Assembly (NCBI GenBank): GCA_963813075.1 | Contig: CAWEXU010000030.1 | Span: 96,001-160,000 of the forward strand | DNA from: Methanotrichaceae archaeon | GTDB lineage: Archaea; Halobacteriota; Methanosarcinia; Methanotrichales; Methanotrichaceae | DNA: 64,000 nt | Direction of reading: 5' to 3' | Shown: positions 40,150 to 50,603 of the stretch, one piece after another | How positions within the stretch are numbered: the first letter of the stretch is position 1 | Layout of the letters: each line of letters starts with the position of its first letter | Translations under genes and position numbers: made by a program | The notes under the pieces: generated by a model | What the model was told of the DNA's origin: nothing | What the model saw: the letters and a program-made list of their open reading frames with translations, nothing else | Database searches by the model: none

Positions 40150-41862
40150 TCATCTTCTGCCAAAGAGCCGCTCCAGCTGGCTCAAATCCTGGGTAACCAT
40201 CACCGGCCTGCCGTGGGGGCAGGTGGAGGGGTTGCGGCATTGCTCCAGATCTTTCAGCAGCTGTTCCATCTCTTTAAGGGTGAGCTCCTTTCCCGATTTT
40301 ATGGAGCCCCGGCAGGCGAGAAGCTTGAGGATCTCATCCCGGCTGACTGAATCAGGCCCCGGCTTTCCCCGCAGGAACAGGTCTTTTAAGACGTCATGCA
40401 CCGAATCTGCGCTCTCGGTCCTCTGGCCAAGAGCAGGAACGGACCGGACGCTGTAAGACCTCCCTCCAAAGGATGAGATCTCAAAGCCGATCTCCTCCAA
40501 GATCTCCTTCCAGGAACTGAGCATGATCTCCTCGCTGGCCGAGAGCTCGATCGTCACCGGACAGGCCAGCTCCTGGCGGATCGACCTCTTCTGGTACCTT
40601 TCACTCAGCCTCTCAAAGCGAATGCGCTCTGCAGCAGCATGCTGATCGATGAGAACCAGCCCCTGCTCGCTTTCCGCCACAATGTAGAGCCTCTTGATCT
40701 GGCCCAGGATCTTCAGCCTGGGCGCGGCCAATGGAGGCAGGACTTCATCCTGCGCAACCGGTTCAGTTGCCTCCAGGGGAAGAGTCTTCTGCTGGGAGTT
40801 CTGGGCTAGGGTTTCCTCCGAGGCAGCGATCTGAATGCTGGGCTCCAGGCGTTCAGCAGTCACAATCCTGGCATGAGTGGAAAGAGCCTGAGCCGCTTTT
40901 AGGGTGATGGCAGAGCAGATCTCATTCTCATGCAGCAGCCGGATCTCCCTTTTGGCGGGATGGACGTTCACATCCACCAGCTCCGAGCTTATCTGGAGGG
41001 AGAGGACAGCAATGGGGCTCTTTCCCGGGGGGATGATGTTTCTGTAGGCATCTCGCAGGGCAGCGGCCATAGGACGGGATGATACCGCCCGTCCGTTAAC
41101 GAAAATAAAAATCCTGTCCGGACTGCTCCTCAGGCTGAAGGCATCGCCGATCATTCCCTCTATCCTCCAGCCCCGGCCGGATGCCTGCATCGGGGTCAGG
41201 CCTGCCACTGCCTTCAGGCCGAAGAGGCGGGAGAGGACGTCGTCCCAGGAGCTGGATCGGGCTGATTTGAAGTGAGTGCGGGAGCCAGAGAAGAGCTCAA
41301 AAGCGATATCGTAATGGATGATGGCCAGTTCGGTGATGACATCGGTGATATGGACCAGCTCCGCCTCCGCTCCCTTGAGGTGCTTTCTTCTCGCCGGGAC
41401 ATTAAAAAATAGATCCCAGACAGTGATCGAAGTTCCGACGGGACTGCCCACCTCCTTTGCCTCGGCCACCTTCCCCTGCTCCAGGCGAAGATAGCTGCCC
41501 GAGAGAGCATCGCGGGTCTTGGTGCGCACTTCGACCGCTTTCGAGACGCTGGCGATGCTGGCCAGGGCCTCGCCCCGAAATCCCAGGGTGGAGATCTTTT
41601 CCAGGTCCTCCGCCCCGGCGATCTTGGAGGTGGCATGCTTTTGAAAGGCCAGGGGGAGGTCGTCCGGATCTATCCCCCAGCCATCGTCGGTCACCTTGAT
41701 GAAGCTCTTCCCGCCGTCCCGGACCTCGACCAATACCCTGTGGGCCCCGGCGTCTATGGAGTTTTCCACCAGCTCTTTTACCACCGAGGCCGGCCGCTCG
41801 ATCACTTCACCAGCAGCGATTTTGTTTACCGTCTCCTCGTCCAGTGCCCTGATTCTCTTCAT
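40150..41862 (-). CDS. mutL: DNA mismatch repair protein MutL
   Basis: IAAGEVIERPASVVKELVENSIDAG, GFRGEAL, DVNVHPAK, endonuclease motif DQHAAAERI, CPHGRP. Confidence 0.98.
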   Translation of the reverse strand: MKRIRALDEETVNKIAAGEVIERPASVVKELVENSIDAGAHRVLVEVRDGGKSFIKVTDDGWGIDPDDLPLAFQKHATSKIAGAEDLEKISTLGFRGEALASIASVSKAVEVRTKTRDALSGSYLRLEQGKVAEAKEVGSPVGTSITVWDLFFNVPARRKHLKGAEAELVHITDVITELAIIHYDIAFELFSGSRTHFKSARSSSWDDVLSRLFGLKAVAGLTPMQASGRGWRIEGMIGDAFSLRSSPDRIFIFVNGRAVSSRPMAAALRDAYRNIIPPGKSPIAVLSLQISSELVDVNVHPAKREIRLLHENEICSAITLKAAQALSTHARIVTAERLEPSIQIAASEETLAQNSQQKTLPLEATEPVAQDEVLPPLAAPRLKILGQIKRLYIVAESEQGLVLIDQHAAAERIRFERLSERYQKRSIRQELACPVTIELSASEEIMLSSWKEILEEIGFEISSFGGRSYSVRSVPALGQRTESADSVHDVLKDLFLRGKPGPDSVSRDEILKLLACRGSIKSGKELTLKEMEQLLKDLEQCRNPSTCPHGRPVMVTQDLSQLERLFGRR

Positions 41863-44498
41863 CTCTCTTCCTTTCCTCTCTCCTTTTGCATCCGCTGGTA
41901 CTGAGCCAGGCGGTCCAGGGCCTCCCTGGGGGTCATCATGTCCAGGTCCAGGGACACGATCTCCTCCAGGATGCTGTCCGTCTTCACCCTCTCCGCTTCC
42001 GCGGCCTTATTGCCATCATCATCGCCATCAAAGAATATGAGTTGGGTATAGCGAGCAGATCTCTTCTGCCCCCTCTTTCCTGATCCCGGCTGCAGAACGG
42101 CCTCCTTTTCTATCTCCCTCAAGATCTCGTCTGCCCTTCGGGTCACCACCCTGGGAACGCCGGCCAGGCGGGCGACATGCACCCCATAGCTCTTGTCCGT
42201 CGCCCCCGGGACCACTGTCCTCAGGAAGGTGATGGTGCCCTTGTCCTCCTTTACCGCAATGCTGTAGTTTCTCACTCCGGAGAGGATGCCCTCAAGCTCT
42301 GTGAGCTGATGGTAATGGGTGGCAAAGACCGATTTGCATTGAATGCTCTCATGCAGATACTCGGATATGGCCCAGGCCAAAGACAGACCGTCGAAGGTGC
42401 TGGTCCCCCGGCCCACCTCATCCAGCAGGACCAGGCTCTTTTTGGTGGCAGAGGTGAGGATGTGAGCGATCTCCGTCATCTCCACCATGAATGTGCTCTG
42501 TCCGGCAGAAAGGTCGTCATATGCCCCCACTCGGGTGAACACCCGGTCCACCAGGGAGAGTGAGGCATGGGCGGCAGGCACAAACGACCCGGCCTGGGCC
42601 ATGATCACCGCCAGGGCTATCTGGCGCATGAAGGTGGATTTACCCGCCATGTTCGGGCCGGTGAGGATGATCAGACGATTCCGGTCCCGGTCTAAGAGGA
42701 CGTCATTGGGCACAAAACTCCCTCGCATTGCTTTATCCAGGACCGGGTGGCGGCTGGCACGAAGGGAGATTCTGCCCTCCTGGTTGAACTCTGGCCGGAC
42801 CAGGTTGTTCTCCTTAGCGGTGGTGGCCAGGGAGGCAAGCACATCAAGCTCAGCTATTGCCGTGGCCCTCTCCTGGATGGCTGCTGCTTTTCCCGCCACC
42901 TCATCTCTCACCCGACAAAACAGCACCTGCTCCAGGGATACCGACCTCTCCTGGGCGGAGAGGACGCGGGATTCCATCTCTTTCAGCTCCGGAGTGACAA
43001 ATCTCTCCCCATTGGCCAGGGTCTGCTTGCGGATATATTCCGGGGGAACCAGGTGCAGGTTTGGCCGTGAGACCTCGATATAGTAGCCGAAGACATTATT
43101 AAAGGCGATCTTGAGCGATTTGATGCCCGTCCTCTCCTTCTCAGCGCTCTCCAGGCGGCTGATCCAGCCTCTGCCATCCCTCAAGAGCTCCCGGAGCTGG
43201 TCTATCTCCGGGTCATAGCCATCCCGGATCACTCCCCCCTCCCTCAGGTGGACGGGCGGGTCCTCTATTATCGACTTCTCTATCAGGGAGACTATATCAT
43301 CCACCGGGGAAAGCCTGGCCGAAAGATCCAGCAGATATGAGCTTTGAGCCGGGGACTGACCATTCTGGAGGATCTCCTGCAGGCGGGGCAGCCTCTCCAG
43401 GGTGCTCTTCAGGACAGCCAGCTCTTTAGGGCTGGCGGATTTGCATGATATCCGGCCTAAGAGTCTCTCCAGGTCGGAGGCGCCCTTAAGCTCCTCCGCC
43501 AGGCTGCGGTGCAGCAGGGATTTGGTGCAGAGTTCATCTACCGCCTCCAGCCTGCGGGCTATGCCTTCTTCGCTCTGCAGGGGCATTTGTATCCAGCGGG
43601 CCAGGGTTCTCGCCCCCATAGCGGTCCTGGTCTGGTCCAGGAACTCCAGCAGGGTGCCCCGGCGGGAGCGGTCGCGGATGTTTCTGGAGATCTCCAGGTT
43701 TCGCACTGTGACCTCATCCAGGAGCATATAGTCCGATCCCGAGTAGATCTGAACATCCTTCAAGTGCCCCAGGAGGTCGAATCTGGTGGAATTCAGATAA
43801 GAGAGGACGGCTCCGCAGGCTCTCTGAGATAGCTCCCTTTTCTCCAGCCGGAGCTTTTCTTTCCAGTCCGGTCCGTAGCGTTCGGCCAGGGCAGCCACCG
43901 TTTTTTCCCGGGAGAAGAAGGCCTCCTCCAGGAGCTGCTCATTTGTGCTCTCCCAGTGGAGGGGAAAAGAGGATAAGCACTCCGCCGGCCGGAACTTGGC
44001 AAGCTCGGTGTGCAGGCGGTTATGGGGGACCTCCGTGGTCAAAAAATCGCCGGTGGAGACGTCCACAAAGGCCAGGCCCACATTTTCATCCTCTTTCACA
44101 ATCGCCGCCAGGAAGTTGTTCTTGCCCTCCTCGAGCATGGAGGGCTCGATGATCGTTCCCGGTGTCACCACCCGGGTTATGGCTCTTTTCACCAGACCGT
44201 GGGCCTGCTTTGGGTCCTCCACCTGGTCGCAGATGGCCACCTTATGCCCCGCCCGGATGAGCCGGGCGAGATAGACGTCAAGAGCATGGTATGGGACACC
44301 AGCCAGGGGGATCTTCTCTCCCTGGTCATCCTTCTGCCTGGAGGTGAGGGTGATGTTCAGGTCGCGAGCCACGATGACGGCATCATCGGCAAAGGTCTCA
44401 TAAAAGTCGCCCACCCGAAAGAGGAGTAGGGCATCTGGATAGAGCTTCTTGTTCTGGTAGTACTGCTCCATCAGGGGAGAGAGCTTGGCTGGAGGCAT
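41859..44498 (-). CDS. mutS: DNA mismatch repair protein MutS (MutS1)
   Basis: GDFYETF, TGPNMAGKST, STFMVEM, DEVGRGTST, ATHYH, SYGVHVA. Confidence 0.98.
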   Translation of the reverse strand: MPPAKLSPLMEQYYQNKKLYPDALLLFRVGDFYETFADDAVIVARDLNITLTSRQKDDQGEKIPLAGVPYHALDVYLARLIRAGHKVAICDQVEDPKQAHGLVKRAITRVVTPGTIIEPSMLEEGKNNFLAAIVKEDENVGLAFVDVSTGDFLTTEVPHNRLHTELAKFRPAECLSSFPLHWESTNEQLLEEAFFSREKTVAALAERYGPDWKEKLRLEKRELSQRACGAVLSYLNSTRFDLLGHLKDVQIYSGSDYMLLDEVTVRNLEISRNIRDRSRRGTLLEFLDQTRTAMGARTLARWIQMPLQSEEGIARRLEAVDELCTKSLLHRSLAEELKGASDLERLLGRISCKSASPKELAVLKSTLERLPRLQEILQNGQSPAQSSYLLDLSARLSPVDDIVSLIEKSIIEDPPVHLREGGVIRDGYDPEIDQLRELLRDGRGWISRLESAEKERTGIKSLKIAFNNVFGYYIEVSRPNLHLVPPEYIRKQTLANGERFVTPELKEMESRVLSAQERSVSLEQVLFCRVRDEVAGKAAAIQERATAIAELDVLASLATTAKENNLVRPEFNQEGRISLRASRHPVLDKAMRGSFVPNDVLLDRDRNRLIILTGPNMAGKSTFMRQIALAVIMAQAGSFVPAAHASLSLVDRVFTRVGAYDDLSAGQSTFMVEMTEIAHILTSATKKSLVLLDEVGRGTSTFDGLSLAWAISEYLHESIQCKSVFATHYHQLTELEGILSGVRNYSIAVKEDKGTITFLRTVVPGATDKSYGVHVARLAGVPRVVTRRADEILREIEKEAVLQPGSGKRGQKRSARYTQLIFFDGDDDGNKAAEAERVKTDSILEEIVSLDLDMMTPREALDRLAQYQRMQKERGKEER

Positions 44499-44558
44499 TG
44501 TGATCCATTGGTTTTCTGTTCTTTATATTTCAATTGGATAGAGAAAAGAAAATTGTGA

Positions 44559-44580
44559 GGATGCCGGTCTTTTGGCATCC
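44559..44580 (-). terminator. hairpin plus T-rich tract downstream of the 44595 gene
   Basis: GGATGCC-N8-GGCATCC, followed on the minus strand by ttttcttttc. Confidence 0.5.
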
Positions 44581-44594
44581 ATATACTCGCCCAG

Positions 44595-45299
44595 TTATGC
44601 GGTCTTCACTCCCTCAAAGCTTCCCGTCCAGGACTCTTTGCCGGCAGAGAGGGCATTGAACTCTCCATTGGCCATGTCTCCGTTCAGGTTGAGATAGAGC
44701 TTATAGAGGTCTATGGGGTTTATGGTGATGACATCCAGCTCCGCGCTTCCATTTCCATATACCTGTCCCGATACTGCCGCATCGATGGTGCTGTTATTCA
44801 CCCTCATCTTGCCCGCGCCAAAGACCTGGCCGTCATTCTGGAAGAGGGTTAAAGCCATGCTTCTCTGGATGCTGTCATTCAGGGAAAAGGACCAGCTCCC
44901 GCCCAAAGAGGGCAGCGCGACCTCGGCCGGGGGAAGCTCAGTCTCGGTCATCGCGGACGCATTCTCCTCTGCAGGGGGAGTGGTTGTGGGTGCGCTCTCC
45001 TCCTCGCTGCTTGCCGCCTCTGCCTCCGCCCGGGAGTCCAGGGGGTTCTTTGCGGTATCGCTCAGAGTCTTGGGCATAGTCCAGTCCATATCGCTCTTAT
45101 TTTCCTGAAGAGCCCTGGATTGCTGGGGAGTTGCCGGCGTTCCCCCGGGACCGGTGGGTGCGGCATACTCTGTGCCGCTGATCAGTTCATCAGCGCTCAA
45201 TGACTGTTGGCTGCCCCAATCGGCAGACAGTGCCGTCACTGCCAGGAAGGCAATGAAGAGCATGAATAATGCAATTGACGATTTGAATTTCATGGGCAT
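44595..45299 (-). CDS. hypothetical secreted protein with low-complexity linker and beta-rich C-terminal domain
   Basis: Signal peptide, Pro/Thr/Ala/Glu linker, WSFSLNDS...LFQNDGQVFGAG. Confidence 0.75.
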   Translation of the reverse strand: MPMKFKSSIALFMLFIAFLAVTALSADWGSQQSLSADELISGTEYAAPTGPGGTPATPQQSRALQENKSDMDWTMPKTLSDTAKNPLDSRAEAEAASSEEESAPTTTPPAEENASAMTETELPPAEVALPSLGGSWSFSLNDSIQRSMALTLFQNDGQVFGAGKMRVNNSTIDAAVSGQVYGNGSAELDVITINPIDLYKLYLNLNGDMANGEFNALSAGKESWTGSFEGVKTA

Positions 45300-45378
45300 C
45301 TCGACCTTATTTCACATCCGGCATGAGCATTATAGTTGATAAGCTTAATGGTTATACGACAAAGGACGTATCTCTGAT

Positions 45379-45879
45379 CTAGACGATCCTTCCCATGGCG
45401 ATGCCGTTATCAGGCAGAAATAGGGCGCTATAAATATGGTAGTCTCCATAAATTGATTTCCCGTTCATGGAAAGAGATAAGCGGAATAAAGAGAGGTCTT
45501 CGGAGAGGACGTCCAGATACAGCTTGTTTCCCGAGGTCGTACCGCTGGCAGAGACGTTCTGAGCAACGCCTTCCGCCACAATCCTGCCCTTGCCGAACAG
45601 GACATCATTGGATTGGTACATATCCAGCTGCACCGTCCTGTCCAGGCTGTCCTCCAGCTCCAGCTCCCAGCGGACCGAGGGGCTTATGAGACGGGACTTC
45701 GGCCCGGTCGACTCCTGGCCTACTGCCGCTTCCCCCACATTCTTACCCATCAGAACGGGGGTGGCATTGCCCTTCAGGTCCTGTGAGGGTTTGGGGTCAA
45801 GGGCGCTGATGCCTGGTGTGAGCACCGCCGTCAGGAAAAGGAGGATGAGAATAATGATCGGATATCTTATCCATCCCAT
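45379..45879 (-). CDS. hypothetical secreted protein, paralogue of the downstream gene
   Basis: Signal peptide, WELELEDS...MYQSNDVLFGKG. Confidence 0.75.
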   Translation of the reverse strand: MGWIRYPIIILILLFLTAVLTPGISALDPKPSQDLKGNATPVLMGKNVGEAAVGQESTGPKSRLISPSVRWELELEDSLDRTVQLDMYQSNDVLFGKGRIVAEGVAQNVSASGTTSGNKLYLDVLSEDLSLFRLSLSMNGKSIYGDYHIYSALFLPDNGIAMGRIV

Positions 45880-47690
45880 TCCGATCCCGACCTTTGCACC
45901 TCTATTTTCTCTCCCTTCTTAATCCTCTTTATGATCCTCTTGGCCATCTCCGAGGACTTGGCAATGCGGATATCTCCCCGCCGGCCAACCGTAGCGGTGA
46001 AGGCGGGCTCTTCACCCACCAGGACATCCACCGACTCCCCGGCCATGCCGTCCAGCCAGAGGATGATGTGCTTTGCCGTCTCCTCCATCCTCGGCTCGGG
46101 CACCGTCGGATGCTCCTCCTCCTTCGCCCGGACATCGATATGCATCCCAAGGCTCCTCTCGATCTGGTCGATGTTCTTTCCCGCCTTGCCGATAACCCTC
46201 GCCGCATCCTCCTGGGGCACATGGATCACTGCGCGGGAGTCCGTCAGCATCTCCACCTTGAAGGGACCGCGCACATGGTGAGAGATCTCCTTCTCGATCT
46301 CCCTGCTGGCCAGATTCCAAGAGGGCTTCTTTTCCTCTCTGCTGACAGGCATTACCACGATCTCCTCGCCGTAAGAGTACATCTCGTACTCCGCCTGGCC
46401 GGTCTCGAAGTCCTTGACCACGATCACCGGCCGGGCCAAATCCGCCTCCACCATTCCCGAGGGGACCTTGACCACAAACTCCACATCCAGAACCTTGGTG
46501 ACCTCCCCTTTCTCGATGAAGACCACGGTGTCTACCACCTGGGGGATCATGCCCATCTCCACCCGGCCAAGAAGTCGCTGCAGGCTGTCGATGGGCTTGT
46601 TGGCATGGACCACGCCGATCATGCCTACTCCTGCCAGCCTCATATCGGCAAATACCTGGAAGTCGCGCGTCTTTCTGACCTCGTCGTATATGGTATAATC
46701 CGGCCGGACAAGGAGCAGTATATCGGCCGATGCCTCCATACTCCCCTCCAGGGGACTGTACTGGGTGATCTCCGGAGGAACCTGCAGATCGCGAGGGGAC
46801 TCCAGGGTCTTGACCACATAGTTGCAGCTTAAAAGGTACTCGGCAACTCCCGCGGCAAAGGTGGACTTGCCCGATCCCGGCGGGCCGGCGATGAGAATTC
46901 CCCTCTGCCCCTCACGGAGCCGGGTCTTGAGCATGCCGCTATGGCGGTAGGAGTCGAAGCTCACCTTGGCTACCGGCCGGACGGCAGTTATCTCCAGGCC
47001 GTCGGAGAACGGTGGCTTAGCGATGGCGATTCTCATCGGCCCGATCTGAATTATCGCTGCCCCGATCTTCTCCATCTCCACATAGCCATCTGGGTCCGCT
47101 TTGGCCCGCTCATAAATCTCCCGCGAGAGGTCTCTGAGCTCCCTTTCCGAGGTGGGCCGATCGCCCAGCCGGACCAGGGAGAAGTCCCCCACATGGCCCC
47201 TCTTGGCCATGGGAATAGCACTCTCCTTGAGGTGAATGGATAGGGTATCCTCGGTGAAGTACCTCTCCAGGGACAGGGGCTTGACCGCCTCGCGCTGGGG
47301 GCGGACGTACTCCACATCCAGACCCATCGCCTCTGCCACCCGGGATTGGACCTGATCGCTGGTGAGAAAAGACGCGCCCAACTCCAGGGCCACATCCCTG
47401 ATCATGGCATCGATCTCTCCACCACCTGCGAGCTTGATCTGATCCAGGTTTGGCCTGATTCCCACATACTCCAGCTCGATCTTGCCGGCTTTGGCCAGCT
47501 CAGAGAGCTTTCTCAGCTCCTCCAATCCCTTCAAGCCGATCTCTCGGCCGTGGTTGGCCTGGGCCTCCAATTCCGCCACCACCGCCTCAGGAACTACAAT
47601 CCTCCGGCCCTGGAGCTCTCCTGATTTGATCCTGGCAGAGACTCTGCCATCTATTACCACACTGGTATCTGGCACTAGGGGTTGCGCCAT
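45867..47690 (-). CDS. PINA-type ATPase (PIN domain, P-loop ATPase, KH domains)
   Basis: VPDTSVVIDG, GPPGSGKSTFA, YDEVRK, GVVHA, VIGKAGKNI. Confidence 0.93.
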   Translation of the reverse strand: MAQPLVPDTSVVIDGRVSARIKSGELQGRRIVVPEAVVAELEAQANHGREIGLKGLEELRKLSELAKAGKIELEYVGIRPNLDQIKLAGGGEIDAMIRDVALELGASFLTSDQVQSRVAEAMGLDVEYVRPQREAVKPLSLERYFTEDTLSIHLKESAIPMAKRGHVGDFSLVRLGDRPTSERELRDLSREIYERAKADPDGYVEMEKIGAAIIQIGPMRIAIAKPPFSDGLEITAVRPVAKVSFDSYRHSGMLKTRLREGQRGILIAGPPGSGKSTFAAGVAEYLLSCNYVVKTLESPRDLQVPPEITQYSPLEGSMEASADILLLVRPDYTIYDEVRKTRDFQVFADMRLAGVGMIGVVHANKPIDSLQRLLGRVEMGMIPQVVDTVVFIEKGEVTKVLDVEFVVKVPSGMVEADLARPVIVVKDFETGQAEYEMYSYGEEIVVMPVSREEKKPSWNLASREIEKEISHHVRGPFKVEMLTDSRAVIHVPQEDAARVIGKAGKNIDQIERSLGMHIDVRAKEEEHPTVPEPRMEETAKHIILWLDGMAGESVDVLVGEEPAFTATVGRRGDIRIAKSSEMAKRIIKRIKKGEKIEVQRSGSEWDG

Positions 47691-47740
47691 TGTCAAAAAC
47701 ATCCTTTAATTATCAATTATCGTCTAAATCAAAAATAGAG

Positions 47741-48424
47741 CTAGAGATATACTATATCCATCTTTCGCTTTTTAGCAATCCACTCCAGGACATAGTCGAT
47801 ATCAAGCTGTCTTCTGATCTGCATGTTTGCCTTTACCGCCATTGCCGGGCCCTTCTTCAGAGCTTCGGAGATCTTGCGAGATGCCTCCTCGCCGAATTCC
47901 GGGTCAAGCCTCTTTATGATATACAGTCTGATATCGCTGCAGGTGAACCCTCCATCGGTGAGATGCCCAAACTCAATGCAGATCTTCCCCGGATAAGAGA
48001 GCATCCGGAAGGCTACGCTGTAGCTGGCGAATTTGTTTCTGTCGTACAGCTTTCTGTCGCTAAATCCGGTTGTGAGGTCCTCATCTAAAATCTCCTGGCC
48101 CAGCTTCAATAGCTCCTCAGTCTCCTGGCGGGAGTATTGACGGCAGCCGGCCAGCTTCAAAGCGTTCAGATTCTTCAGAGAGGTCTTCTTCTCATGGCAG
48201 TATTCATTGTTGTCCACTGCCCAGAAGTCTCCGCTCAGGGGAAATGATGAGGAAGCATAGTTATCGCAATTTCTGCATTTCAGTCCAGTTATGGCCTCTT
48301 TATCCAGAAACTGTGCAATGCCCTCCAGAGTATCCAGGGCATCAGAGATGCGAAAATCCGCACCCTCTCCTATATGCTTCTTCGCCTCCCGGACGGCAGA
48401 GAGAATTTCATTCGCATTGTCCAT
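47741..48424 (-). CDS. hypothetical protein with CxxC
   Basis: 227 aa ORF with GGAGGGTG RBS and CRNC; no family recognised. Confidence 0.65.
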   Translation of the reverse strand: MDNANEILSAVREAKKHIGEGADFRISDALDTLEGIAQFLDKEAITGLKCRNCDNYASSSFPLSGDFWAVDNNEYCHEKKTSLKNLNALKLAGCRQYSRQETEELLKLGQEILDEDLTTGFSDRKLYDRNKFASYSVAFRMLSYPGKICIEFGHLTDGGFTCSDIRLYIIKRLDPEFGEEASRKISEALKKGPAMAVKANMQIRRQLDIDYVLEWIAKKRKMDIVYL

Positions 48425-48652
48425 ATGCTGCCAACACCCTCCAGGCCCCGTGCCTGGTCACATGAATCCTATAAAGGAAGAGCATCTGAGATAAATAGCT
48501 TGCCGGGAGCCACCTTTAAGATGATTTCATACTAATTCTGAAATTATATCAAATATCCTTTTAATCCCGCCAATTGCAGCTCTAATCGGCAGAGTGCAAT
48601 CAGACATTTTGCTCTAAATGCAGTCTGCCGGCGTAAGTGCAGGTGATATGAT

Positions 48653-49862
48653 ATGCCAATAGACAGCGGAGACACAGCATGGGTCCTGGTATCAACCGCC
48701 ATGGTCATGCTCATGACCCCCGGGGTAGGCCTCTTCTACGGCGGGCTGGTGCGCAGCAAAACAGTGGTATCGATGATAGGCCTCTCCTTCCTGGCCTTCG
48801 CCCTGGCCAGCATCCAGTGGGTACTCCTGGGCTACAGCCTCTCCTTCGGCGCGGATATCGGCGGAGCAATCGGAGGTCTCGAACTACCTGGCCCTGAGCG
48901 GAGTGGGATTGGGCGAAGCTCCCCTGGCGGGAAATCTGCCCCATCTGCTATACGTCGCCTTCCAGATGGTCTTCGCCGCGGTGACCCTGGCCATCCTCAC
49001 CTCTGCGGTGGCGGAGAGGGTGCGCTTGAGCTCATTCATCGTCCTCGCTCTGCTCTGGACCACCCTGGTCTACGATCCCCTGGCCCACTGGGTCTGGGCG
49101 GGCGGCTGGATGGCTCAGATGGGTGCTCTGGACTATGCCGGCGGGACGGTGGTCCACATAAGCTCCGGCTTCTCTGCCCTGGCCATAGCCATGGTGATCG
49201 GAAAGAGGGTGGGCTTCGGCTCCTATGTGATGGAGCCTCATAACATCCCCATGGCCATGCTCGGCGCGGGACTGCTGTGGTTTGGCTGGTTTGGCTTCAA
49301 CGCCGGCTCCGCCCTGGGAGCGAATGGCCTGGCTGCCTCCGCTCTGGTGGTGACCAACACCTCCGCTGCTGCCGGAGCTTTAACCTGGCTCTTTGCCAGC
49401 TGGTATAAAGGGAAGCCCAGCGCCCTGGGAATGGTGAGCGGCGGCATTGCCGGCCTGGTGGCCATAACCCCTGCCGCCGGCTATGTGGATGTGCCAGGAG
49501 CCCTGGTCATCGGAGCGGTGGCCGGAGTCCTCTGCTATATGGCCCTCCTCTTCCGGGTGAGCCGGGGGCTGGATGAGAGCTGCGATGCCTGGGCGGTGCA
49601 CGGCATGGGCGGCCTTTGGGGCGCTGTGGCCACGGGCATATTCGCCACCTCCGCGGTCAACAGCTACACCGGCCTGATATACGGCAACTTTCATCAGTTC
49701 GCGGTGCAGATCATGGCTGCCGGCGCATCTGTGATCTATGCCTTCGTCATGACCTATATCCTGGCAAGGATCGTGGACTCCGTCATGGGCTTGCGGGTCA
49801 CGGAGGACGAGGAATACGTGGGCCTGGATATAGCCCAGCACGGCGAGAAGGCTTATGCCTGA
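48653..49862 (+). CDS. amtB: ammonium transporter, single frameshift near 48885
   Basis: DSGDTAW...LMTPG.GLFYGG in ORF 48653; [27 protein letters not shown] and VHGMGG in ORF 48903. Confidence 0.93.
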
Positions 49863-50213
<351 letters not shown>

Positions 50214-50294
50214 CCTCTTTTTTGATCTTTTATTCTTCAATGAGCTGACAGGAGCCCTAAGGGCAGCCTGGGCACCAGCCAGCGCACAAACTCC

Positions 50295-50380
50295 TTATAA
50301 GACCTTCAGGCCCATTCCGGCTGCCATCCGGGCGGCGGTCGATCCGCGGGCCCTGCACCCACCACAATCAGGTCATACAC
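50295..50380 (-). pseudogene. 5' remnant of a geranylgeranyl-reductase-like FAD-dependent oxidoreductase
   Basis: GGAG RBS and GTG, then YDLIVVGAGPA, a frameshift, and GSTAARMAAGMGLKVL followed by a stop. Confidence 0.75.
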
Positions 50381-50603
50381 GAATATCAATCTCCGTACAA
50401 AGCGAATTGCCCAGATTCGGCAAGAATTGGAGAGAGAGGCATCTCCATAGCTCATTATGCATATCATATATTGCCAGATGATGTTAATAGATTTTTGCCC
50501 AACGGCACATGATGCCGATTCAGTCTCGATTATCCTTGAGATTATCTGGATGAGCCGATCACTCTTAAATAACCCTACCGTGTCAGATGATGCTGGTGAA
50601 GAG

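Noticed and set aside
40150..44498. mutS-mutL in an archaeon as a novelty
   Set aside because: Already known in Methanomicrobia and haloarchaea
48500..48652. NrpR operator (GGAA-N6-TTCC) upstream of amtB-glnK
   Set aside because: No matching site seen
48860..48910. Programmed frameshifting in amtB (and nadX near 58172)
   Set aside because: No slippery heptamer or stimulatory structure evident; an indel error or mutation is simpler
50400..50603. TPP riboswitch upstream of thiC
   Set aside because: The conserved CUGAGA...ACCUG core is not seen
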